From Acidobacteriota bacterium (GTDB taxonomy: Bacteria; Acidobacteriota; Terriglobia; UBA7540), in NCBI GenBank assembly GCA_021817045.1, contig JAKAWG010000001.1, positions 3,739-67,738 of the forward strand: 64,000 bases of DNA, read 5' to 3'. The position numbers and the translations under genes were made by a program. Every line of letters starts with the position of its first letter. Within the stretch, counting starts at the first letter, position 1. The notes beneath the pieces were generated by a model. That model did not search any database, was not told the DNA's origin, and saw nothing but the letters and a program-made list of their open reading frames with translations. Positions 17,437-25,779 of the stretch are shown here, piece after piece.

Positions 17437-18681
17437 TCATATGTTTTCGACCTTCTCGCCCGAGCAAACGCGCCTGCGCACAAGATAAACCATTGCACCG
17501 GCAGCAACAAAAAAAGCCGCCAAACCCACTTGTCGCGAATCGGTCCGCCCGCCCTCGAAGCACGAAACCAGAACAACTGCGGCCAAGGCCATAGGACAGA
17601 GCGTGACCGCCGCCAGGCGCAAACGTCCGCCTGGCACCTTGAAAGGCCTTTTAAGCTCCGGGCGGCGCGCGCGCAGCGCGATGAGCGCGACAAATTCGAG
17701 AAGAAGCGCGGCCGAATACATCAGGATGTCAATGACAACGAGTTCGGTGAAGGGAAAAGCTGCGAAAAAGCTGGAAGCCAGGCACACGGCGGCAAGAGCG
17801 ATTAGTGGCGTTCCCGTGCGCGGAGAGAGGCGTGCAAGCGGTGTCGGCAGCCAGCCGTCGCGAGCCATCGCGTAAGGAAGGCGCGTGGCATAAAGCAACT
17901 GGCTGTTGTACAACGACCATGTGGAGACAAGAGCCATAGCTGCCACGGTGATTCCAAACCCCGCGCCGCCCAGCGCGCGGGCGATCGAGGGCCATCCGGC
18001 AGCTTCATTCCATAACCGAGGGCTCGTGCTGTGCGTGACACCCGCCAGCACGGGAACGTAAGCGGCGATAATCAGCAGCATCGCCGCGGCAAGGGCTGGC
18101 GGGTAAGCGCGCGGCGCCTCGCGTACCTCTTCCGCGAAAGTCGAAACGTTGTCGCAGCCGCAATAGTTCCAAAGCACCGTGGACATGCCGATCGCAATCA
18201 GCGCCGCCACCGCACTCCACCCCGCTACGCTCGAAAGCGAGACCGAAGGAAAAAATAGCCAAGGTAATACACAAAGAGCACTGGATAGGTGGCCATGTCC
18301 ACCGCCGTGTAACAGAGCGTCCACCAGCCTTCCTGGAATCCCCAGAAATCGCCCAGCCCTATCGCGCACCCAGACGTAATAACCGCCCTCCTGCGGCAGG
18401 GCGCTTGAAAGCTCTGCAACCATCAGCGCAATGGGCAGGGCCCGCAGGATCGGCGTCACGACCAGCAAGAGCACGGCCCAACCCGCGTTCAGCGCGCCTA
18501 CGAGCGATTCCAAACCATAAGCGCCCCCTGAAACCACAAAAAAATCACGCCCACCAAAGCACAGCCGGTTCAGTTGTCTCTTGGGTAATATCCGGACGGC
18601 AAACACGTCAGTACGAAGGGTCGTCAAATTCTGCTCTCGGAGCAAACGCTTTCCTGTAACTTCCTTTTGCTTGCGCCGCAT
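17437..18681 (-). CDS. APC-superfamily (LAT/polyamine-amino acid type) permease with an internal out-of-frame segment
   Basis: Multi-TM protein with FFVVSGGAYGLE and MVAELSSALPQEGGYYVWV motifs. About 36 codons (roughly 18256-18356) read as family-like sequence only in another frame (see findings). ATG 18681 is chosen as the start. Confidence 0.7.
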   Translation of the reverse strand: MRRKQKEVTGKRLLREQNLTTLRTDVFAVRILPKRQLNRLCFGGRDFFVVSGGAYGLESLVGALNAGWAVLLLVVTPILRALPIALMVAELSSALPQEGGYYVWVRDRAGRFLGIPGRLVDALLHGGGHGHLSSALCVLPWLFFPSVSLSSVAGWSAVAALIAIGMSTVLWNYCGCDNVSTFAEEVREAPRAYPPALAAAMLLIIAAYVPVLAGVTHSTSPRLWNEAAGWPSIARALGGAGFGITVAAMALVSTWSLYNSQLLYATRLPYAMARDGWLPTPLARLSPRTGTPLIALAAVCLASSFFAAFPFTELVVIDILMYSAALLLEFVALIALRARRPELKRPFKVPGGRLRLAAVTLCPMALAAVVLVSCFEGGRTDSRQVGLAAFFVAAGAMVYLVRRRVCSGEKVENI

Positions 18682-18796
18682 GTACCGGAACGCGGAAACT
18701 CTCGTGTTAGTACGAGCGCCAGGACGAGACTTAGCAAAGGAGTACAATAGGCGGATCAACAGGCGGCATTAAGCGATTTTTCCAGCAAAAAACGCC

Positions 18797-18825
18797 TTGA
18801 CACAGAGTCGTTGGAATGATATCAA
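18797..18825 (+). promoter_or_regulatory. candidate promoter of the glycoside hydrolase / TonB-receptor cluster
   Basis: TTGACA (18797-18802), a 17 nt spacer, then TATCAA (18820-18825). Confidence 0.35.
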
Positions 18826-19004
18826 GACACGACATGAAAGATAATTTAGCATTACAAACTAACGTCATACACATTATCGCCAGGGGGCTGCAGGCATATC
18901 GCCCAATGGGGATGTCCTTCGGCTATTTCGCAAATGACCTGACGCGCACCACTATGGGTAAAGGCCTCCGCGCCGCCTGCTCCCGAACAGAGTCGGCTAG
19001 TTGA

Positions 19005-20549
19005 ATGCGGGAGGGCGCGCACTTGAGTTCTACAAGGCGAAGTTTCTTACGGGCATCAGTCAGTGCTGGCACCGGAATTGCTACCTCCGGCCTCTTGAAA
19101 GCTAGTGCTCGCGTGACGGTACCGGCAGACGGAGGGGTTATCCATGCCCCAGCCAGCGAGTCGATGACGACCACTCCCGAAAGCGTGCCCCATTCGAAAT
19201 CCGTAAACGGGCGATCAGTTGGCCGCCCGGCACTGCGCGCTGAGGAAGTTGTCGCAAAAGTGATCCGCGTGATGCAGGAGCGAGGACTCCACAAGGACCC
19301 GAGTTTTGGAGAGTACTTTAGCGGCTACGGAGAAAATCTATTCACCGTTGAAGCCTTTTTCGATTGTGTCGCCCTCTTCCATCTGCGCGATGTAACACTT
19401 GGGAAAACAGCTCTGAAAATATTCTTATCACTGCAGCAGGACAATGGATTCATCCCCAGGCATTGGAACGGGCCCCACGCAGCGCCGGCTTTGCTAGGGC
19501 AGGTGCCTACATTTACGTCGAGCGGCGCGCAGACGCTTTCTCAGAATCCCTGGGCAATCTATGAAAGGGAAGAGCACGCGCAGCCATTTCTCTTCCAGAT
19601 CGCTCTGTTCTTAAGTCGCGCCAGCGGAGGTGACGTAACTTGGCTAGACGATGGTATGTATTTCAGGCTTAAAAAGTACCTGCAACAGTGGACGGCTGAC
19701 TGGGACCGAGACTCGATTGGCTTGTGCGAGTGGGCCAGCGCGCCACACTCGATGGGCGACACTCAGTTTGATCGTGCCGGGGTTTGGCGCTCGTTCTATT
19801 GTGAAGGCGCTGACCTGAACAGCTTCCTTTACTTAGAGTTCCTAGCCGCTGAAAAGCTAGCCACCGCAAAAGGTTTTCGGGATGACGCCGCCTACTTTGC
19901 CGTCCAGGCGAAGCTGAAGCATGATCTGGTCCAGACACTGCTTTGGGATGAGCGAGACGGTTTCTTTTACGACCGGGACAATCGAACCGGATTGCCGATC
20001 CGCGTCAAATCCGTCAACGGGCTTTACCCGCTTTGGGTGGGAATACCTAACGAGCAGCAGGCCCGACGCTTGGTCGACGAGCACATTATGAATGGCAAGG
20101 AATTCTGGAGCTCGTATCCGCTCTCGAGTTATGCCCGCACCGAGCGGAATTACACCCAACACCACGTTCCCTGTCCGCAGATCGACATCTACTATGCGCT
20201 TCCCGCGGGACACTCGAATTGGAGCGGTGGCCTTTGGCCGCACGGGAATTACTTGGTGACGCATGGCCTTCAGCGCTATGGGTTCACAAAGGAAGCCCAA
20301 ACTCTCGCCATGAAGACATACGAAGTGGCGGCCGCCGACCCGGATATCCACGAATGGTACGATGCGGAAACAGGTAAGCCCCTGGGCGCCCACCCCCTTC
20401 CGGCCGGTGCGGAAGTGCTCATGCGCTTCCTCCCGACCGAACTCGAGACGGACTTCAACCTTGCCGTAATCAAGGACGCCCATGAGCCTCTTGACGACAG
20501 CAAACTGTGGAAAGCCCTGGACATCAGCGAAAATTTCCTGAAAGGCTGA
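19005..20549 (+). CDS. Tat-signal (alpha/alpha)6-barrel glycoside hydrolase (GH63 / GH37 trehalase-like)
   Basis: Twin-arginine leader (STRRSFLRASVSAG). Motifs DLNSFLY and NWSGGLWPHGNYLVTHGLQRYGF resemble the trehalase/GH63 clan. Family assignment is tentative. Confidence 0.6.
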   Translation: MREGAHLSSTRRSFLRASVSAGTGIATSGLLKASARVTVPADGGVIHAPASESMTTTPESVPHSKSVNGRSVGRPALRAEEVVAKVIRVMQERGLHKDPSFGEYFSGYGENLFTVEAFFDCVALFHLRDVTLGKTALKIFLSLQQDNGFIPRHWNGPHAAPALLGQVPTFTSSGAQTLSQNPWAIYEREEHAQPFLFQIALFLSRASGGDVTWLDDGMYFRLKKYLQQWTADWDRDSIGLCEWASAPHSMGDTQFDRAGVWRSFYCEGADLNSFLYLEFLAAEKLATAKGFRDDAAYFAVQAKLKHDLVQTLLWDERDGFFYDRDNRTGLPIRVKSVNGLYPLWVGIPNEQQARRLVDEHIMNGKEFWSSYPLSSYARTERNYTQHHVPCPQIDIYYALPAGHSNWSGGLWPHGNYLVTHGLQRYGFTKEAQTLAMKTYEVAAADPDIHEWYDAETGKPLGAHPLPAGAEVLMRFLPTELETDFNLAVIKDAHEPLDDSKLWKALDISENFLKG

Positions 20550-20618
20550 AGCGCGGAGGGGCTAAAAACACACGCCACAGGCGTGCAGCATAACCATTTT
20601 TTGAGAAAAGGAGGAAAT

Positions 20619-23600
20619 ATGACGACGATGTCGAGCCGTTTAAGGATTCTCATGGGAATCAGTTTAGTTTGTCTCTATGCGCTCGCGGCTTCTGTTTGCC
20701 GGGCCCAGATAACGTCAACCGGGACAATCACTGGCACGGTGACCGACACAACAGGGGCAGTGGTGCCCGGCGCGTCGATCACCATCACTAACGAATCCAC
20801 GGATGTGCAGAGGACAAGCAAGAGCAATGCGGATGGCACATTCGTTGTGCCGGGGCTGCCAGTTGGAATTTACACGGTCAGCACCGCTAAACAAGGCTTC
20901 AAGACTTATTTGGAGGAAGGCATCCAATTGCATCCAGGAACGGTAACCACGGTCAGCCCTCGCCTTCAGGTGGGAAACGTCGTCTCAAAGGTCACGGTTA
21001 CTGCGACCGCGGTGCAAGTGCAAACGAGCACGCCAGAAATCTCCAATGAGGTTTCAGGTGAGCAGGCTTACACGCTTCCGCTGAACGGAAGAAACTATCA
21101 GAGCCTTGCTGCGCTGATGCCGGGGGTGACAAACATCACGCCGGACACGGCGCTCGACCAGGGTGGTTTTCTCACCAACAATATTATGTCCATTAACGGA
21201 ATGGGCGCGGACGGCGGCATCTACTACCTCGATGGCGTCACGAACATGAACACCGGCAGCCAGACCTATACTGGTATCACGCCAAACCCGGACACAATCC
21301 AGGAAGTGCGGGTGCTGCAGAATAACTATGGTGTTCAGTACAGCCTGAAAGGTGCGAGTGTTGTCCTCCTTCAAACCAAAAGCGGCACGGATACGTTCCA
21401 CGGGACGGCCTTCGAGTACTTCCGCAACACCGCGCTTGACGCCCGCAACTTCTTTGCGCCCACTCCACTTGGGTTACACCAGAACATCTTTGGTGGCACC
21501 CTGGGCGGTCCGCTGTTCTTCCCCGGCCACCGTCCGAAAAGCCCCAAGACCTTCTTTTTTGTAAGCTACCAAGAGTCGCTGCAAAACATCGCCTCGGCCG
21601 TCTTGGGCGCGACGCCGACAGCGGCCATGCGCAACGGGACCTTCAACACGCCCATCACCAACCCTCAAACCGGGCAGCTATTCCCGCAGACTTCCCCGGG
21701 GGTTTACCAGATCCCGCAGAACATGCTTAATCCGCAATCGCTCCTCATGATGAACACCGTGGCACAACTCCCGAACAACGGCACCGGATTCTTGAACTTC
21801 ATTAATCTGAATCCCCAAGTGAACAAGACCTGGGATTACGAATACAAAATGGATCACACCTTCAGTTCCAGGTTGCGGTTGATGGCCGAATATTTCAAAG
21901 AGCAACAGATCAACGGCAACCCGAACGACACCTTTCTCGGCTCGCCGTTCACAACCAGTACGCTACCCATCTTTAGCAACAATCAGTTGGCCCAAATCCA
22001 ACTGACTGCAACTCTTTCTCCATCGATGGTAAATACGTTCAGTCTAGCGACACAGCAAGCTCTTCCGACTCTCCAATGCGCCGGCATTTGCGATCTTAAC
22101 CAGATTCCGGGATTCAGCTCGAATCTTCCTTTTAAGGGTGGATTCCGTTCCTACATGCTGCCCCAGATCACTTTTGCAGAAGGCTGGGCGCCGTTTGGTC
22201 TTTCGGCAAGTTTGCCCCGTATTCGTTCTGGCTCACTGGACGACACGCTATCGGATAATTGGAGCTGGTTGCGCGGCAAACACTATATTCAGGCTGGCTA
22301 CGATCTCGACTATGGCACGAAGCGCCAGGAAATTGGAACGCCCATCGGGCAGTGGTATTTCAGTGGCTTATTCACGGGAAACCCGATTGCAGACTACCTG
22401 CTGGGTGACTCTACTACCTTCTTTCAGCAGGCTACACAGCGGAGAGTTTACGTCCATGACGTGATTTCTTCGCCTTGGGTTCAGGATCGCTGGAACGCGA
22501 CACGGCGGCTCACTCTGACAGCCGGTCTGCGAATTCTGTATGAGCCACAGCCGCATGCAACGCCAGGGGAAGACAGTGCATTTAATCCCGTTCTGTATAA
22601 TCCCGCGCAAGCCCCGATTGTAAATCCCGTCGGCACGATTACGCCGACCGCCAATTACAATCCAGTGAACGGCATCGTGACAAACGGAGTCAACGGTGTG
22701 CCTTTGAATTTTACCAATGCGCACAACTGGTTCCTGGGGCCAACGCTCGGCTTTGCGTACAACGTATTTGGAAATGGCAAAACGGCCTTGCGAGGCGGTT
22801 ACGGCATTACGTACGAGACGATTCCTGCGGGCGCCGATTGCAGTTATACGTGCGCCACCAACCCGCCCCAGGTTCCGTCGATCAACCTGATCAACGCCAG
22901 CTTTCCTAACCCCATTGGCGCGGCCAGTCCTCCTCCAGGCGCGCTGACATTCCCGTACAACAGCGGGTTTGATGTTCAACCGGTGCAAATCCAGAGTTAC
23001 AGCCTGAGCCTGGAGCACCAATTTGGTACGAATTGGTTCGCTTCCATCGCCGGGACTGGTGACATCGCGCGACACGTTTGGGGTGCTTGGAACATCAACC
23101 AACCCCTGCCAGACGCTCCCTTTAATTTCAACCCGCTTATTAATAGTGACCCAGCGCTGGCAGGCAAGGCGGGTATTTTCCCCTACGTATATTCTCCTTA
23201 TCTAGGATATGGAAGAATAAGCACGGACCTTAGCATGGCCAACGCTTATTGGGATGCTTTGGAAATCGCGGTTCGGCATCCGGTCGGACACAATTTATTC
23301 CTTAATTTCGCTTACACCTGGCAGCACGACCTCGGGACGACCTACGGGACGAGTACTCTTGACGGCGGAGGCGCGCAAAACTATTACGCCCCCGGTCAAA
23401 ACTATGGCAATACTTATGTCAATGTCCCCCAGGTCTTCTCGTTCAGCTACATTTACAACTTGCCCTGGTACAAGGGCGCGCAGGGATGGAGAGGCGCGGC
23501 GCTTGGTGGCTGGCGATATGCCGGAATGACGACGATCCAGAGCGGCTTTTCCCTCAATCCCGGTCTAAGCGTTCCCTTCCAGGGTCTTGCTACCCTGCCG

Positions 23601-23930
23601 AATCGCATCGGCAGCTCGGTTACGGGTCCAAAGACAGCGCAGGAATGGTTCAATACCGCTTCCTTCGCGGCCCCTGCCTATGGCTACTTCGGTACTGCCG
23701 CGGTGGGCTCGGTCCCGGGGCCGGGCGTCGTGGATTTCGACATGGCTCTCTACAAGGATTTTCATGTTACTGAGCGCAGCCTGTTCGAGTTTCGGGCGGA
23801 GGCTTTCAATATCTTCAACCACACGAACTTCCACAACGTCCAGACAACCGTTGGCGCAACAAATTACGGTCAAGTGACAAGCGCGCTGGACCCGCGCATT
23901 TTCGAATTTTCCTTGCGCTTCCAGTTCTGA
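20619..23930 (+). CDS. TonB-dependent receptor with N-terminal carboxypeptidase-regulatory-like domain
   Basis: AGGAGG RBS before ATG 20619 and a signal peptide. It has a CarboxypepD_reg-like start (ITGTVTDTTGAVVPGASITITN). A plug region (LNGRNYQSLAALMPGV) follows, then a long beta-barrel ending ...FSLRFQF. Confidence 0.85.
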   Translation: MTTMSSRLRILMGISLVCLYALAASVCRAQITSTGTITGTVTDTTGAVVPGASITITNESTDVQRTSKSNADGTFVVPGLPVGIYTVSTAKQGFKTYLEEGIQLHPGTVTTVSPRLQVGNVVSKVTVTATAVQVQTSTPEISNEVSGEQAYTLPLNGRNYQSLAALMPGVTNITPDTALDQGGFLTNNIMSINGMGADGGIYYLDGVTNMNTGSQTYTGITPNPDTIQEVRVLQNNYGVQYSLKGASVVLLQTKSGTDTFHGTAFEYFRNTALDARNFFAPTPLGLHQNIFGGTLGGPLFFPGHRPKSPKTFFFVSYQESLQNIASAVLGATPTAAMRNGTFNTPITNPQTGQLFPQTSPGVYQIPQNMLNPQSLLMMNTVAQLPNNGTGFLNFINLNPQVNKTWDYEYKMDHTFSSRLRLMAEYFKEQQINGNPNDTFLGSPFTTSTLPIFSNNQLAQIQLTATLSPSMVNTFSLATQQALPTLQCAGICDLNQIPGFSSNLPFKGGFRSYMLPQITFAEGWAPFGLSASLPRIRSGSLDDTLSDNWSWLRGKHYIQAGYDLDYGTKRQEIGTPIGQWYFSGLFTGNPIADYLLGDSTTFFQQATQRRVYVHDVISSPWVQDRWNATRRLTLTAGLRILYEPQPHATPGEDSAFNPVLYNPAQAPIVNPVGTITPTANYNPVNGIVTNGVNGVPLNFTNAHNWFLGPTLGFAYNVFGNGKTALRGGYGITYETIPAGADCSYTCATNPPQVPSINLINASFPNPIGAASPPPGALTFPYNSGFDVQPVQIQSYSLSLEHQFGTNWFASIAGTGDIARHVWGAWNINQPLPDAPFNFNPLINSDPALAGKAGIFPYVYSPYLGYGRISTDLSMANAYWDALEIAVRHPVGHNLFLNFAYTWQHDLGTTYGTSTLDGGGAQNYYAPGQNYGNTYVNVPQVFSFSYIYNLPWYKGAQGWRGAALGGWRYAGMTTIQSGFSLNPGLSVPFQGLATLPNRIGSSVTGPKTAQEWFNTASFAAPAYGYFGTAAVGSVPGPGVVDFDMALYKDFHVTERSLFEFRAEAFNIFNHTNFHNVQTTVGATNYGQVTSALDPRIFEFSLRFQF

Positions 23931-23981
23931 AGGTTTCACAAGGACGGTCGGCGCGACCAGCGGAAGGAATGCAGCCTACGA

Positions 23982-25514
23982 ATGGAAATTTCTCGCAGGT
24001 CAATGTTGAAGAACCTAACGGCCTTATCAGCGGCTGCGGTCGCCAGGCCAGCGCCGGCCTACTCCACAAATACCTATGAGGGCCCATTCCGTTACACCAT
24101 TGGGATTGTCGGAAATCCAACCATTCCGGATGTGCAATGGTCCGATGAACAATTGAGCCTGATTAAAGCGGCGGGTTTTAACACGCTTCAGCTCAGCATT
24201 GCCTGGGCGTCCAAACCAGCAGGGGAGGTTCTGAACCTTGAAGACCTAGACAACCCGAAGAATGTAAAGGAATGGCATCGGCGGGTTGATCAAGCCCGGA
24301 AATTTGGTTTTCGCACCCTCGCTCAGTTCGGACTTCCGAAGGGTCCGCAGCGCGACGCGACCACGTGCATCCTGGACCCCAGCGTTCGTCAGGACTGCGC
24401 GACGCGGCTCCGGCATTTCTTTGAGGATTTTCCCGAAGTCGACGACGTAATGATCTACACCTATGATCAGCTTGCCTGGCTTTGCAGCCAGTTTGGCGAT
24501 TGCCCGCGTTGTCACGGAATTCCCCTGAGCAAGCGGCTTCCAGGATTCCTCGAGCTGATGGTGGATGCCGTACAGGAGGGCAATCGCGGAGTTCGTCTGT
24601 GGTGGGAGCCGTGGGAACTTTCTGCCGGACAGACCTACGCCATTGTCGAGACGATCCGGCCCGATCATTTTGGCCTGATCGTTCATAACACGATTGCGGA
24701 GGTCTATTTCGTAAATACGACCGACCATTGGGTGCGGAACCTGGCACGGCTGGCGCGACGGCGTGGGATTCCGATGATTGGAGAAGCCTTCTTAAGCGGC
24801 AGCGGCGAGGACATTGCCCCTTTAACCCACTTGGCTTGTCCACGCCTCGTCTATGAGGAAGCGGACGCTTTGCGTAAGACCGAAGGAATTGTGGGGATTA
24901 AAGAATATTATGGCCTGCTGCCTCAGCGTCATTGCCCAAACCTTGAATTGTTCACCGCCTATCTAACCGCTCTTGATACGCCATTTCAGGACTTGATTCG
25001 TCCCGTCGCCGCTTTCTATGGTCCGGCGAGTACGGAGCACATCTTGGAAGCGTGGGAGCTGACCGCACAGGCGATGGAGCTGTTTCCTTGGGATGGAAGT
25101 TGGACGCTGAGAGGCATCTTCGGCCGGTCGGAGGGGCAAAAATGGCGAGCCGTGCCGCTAGCTTCCTGGATCACGCCGTCGTGGCAGGCGAACCGGCGAG
25201 CATTTTTTATGGTGACTGACGAAAGGCAGCCGTACCCGCATGTCCCGGAAGATTACGGCATGACCCCACCCTGGCGGAACGAGTGCGAGGAGCGCTTGTT
25301 TGAGCATCCCTGGTTGCTTGAGGACGCCGGACTGAGGGCGCTGGCCGCGGGACAACGCTTCGACCAGGCAGCTTCGCTTCTGAATAGTGCGATCCACGAG
25401 GCGTCAACAGGAAAACAGAACTTATACGCGCAGAAGAAAGATGTTATTCAAGCTGCAACAGCTTCTAAATATTTTGGCCAGCAACTTCTAGACTCCATCC
25501 ACTGGAGCCAATGA
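23982..25514 (+). CDS. Tat-signal hypothetical protein, possible TIM-barrel glycoside hydrolase
   Basis: Twin-arginine-like leader (MEISRRSMLKNLTALSAAAV). No family recognised with certainty. The surrounding genes act on carbohydrates. Confidence 0.45.
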   Translation: MEISRRSMLKNLTALSAAAVARPAPAYSTNTYEGPFRYTIGIVGNPTIPDVQWSDEQLSLIKAAGFNTLQLSIAWASKPAGEVLNLEDLDNPKNVKEWHRRVDQARKFGFRTLAQFGLPKGPQRDATTCILDPSVRQDCATRLRHFFEDFPEVDDVMIYTYDQLAWLCSQFGDCPRCHGIPLSKRLPGFLELMVDAVQEGNRGVRLWWEPWELSAGQTYAIVETIRPDHFGLIVHNTIAEVYFVNTTDHWVRNLARLARRRGIPMIGEAFLSGSGEDIAPLTHLACPRLVYEEADALRKTEGIVGIKEYYGLLPQRHCPNLELFTAYLTALDTPFQDLIRPVAAFYGPASTEHILEAWELTAQAMELFPWDGSWTLRGIFGRSEGQKWRAVPLASWITPSWQANRRAFFMVTDERQPYPHVPEDYGMTPPWRNECEERLFEHPWLLEDAGLRALAAGQRFDQAASLLNSAIHEASTGKQNLYAQKKDVIQAATASKYFGQQLLDSIHWSQ

Positions 25515-25542
25515 GGATTACATATTATAGTGACTCCCAATG

Positions 25543-25722
25543 CTGTAGCGGTGGCGTCTCGCCGCCGATAGTTCGCCGCGCAGAGAGCCCCGCTACAGAA
25601 AAACATTGTCACTATGAAATGAAAACCCCGGCAATGTGGGGTCATAAGTTCTCGACCGGCGGCTGTAGCGACGATGTTCCCATCGGTGCTAAACTCGTCG
25701 GTGAGGACACCGGCGCTACAGC
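25543..25722. repeat. four copies of CTGTAGCG in alternating orientation (two stem-loops)
   Basis: CTGTAGCGG (25543-25551) pairs with CCGCTACAG (25590-25598). GCTGTAGCG (25662-25670) pairs with CGCTACAGC (25714-25722). All lie in the 265-bp spacer between two hydrolase-like genes. Confidence 0.5.
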
Positions 25723-25779
25723 AGTACCCGTAACAGACGTACATCCGCAGGTATGAGGCACATCCCATCGAGGTAGCGC

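Noticed and set aside
18540-18600. Possible second frameshift pair near the T7 run at the permease N terminus (LNRLCFGGRDFF)
   Set aside because: The alternative frames hit stop codons (TGA) within a few codons, and I could not reconstruct a convincing family-like peptide. The evidence is insufficient.
25511-25756. 81-aa Cys-containing ORF (QCCSGG ... GGCSDD) as a possible RiPP precursor
   Set aside because: The Cys-Ser motifs are simply the translation of the repeated CTGTAGCG octamers. There is no RBS and no modification enzymes nearby.
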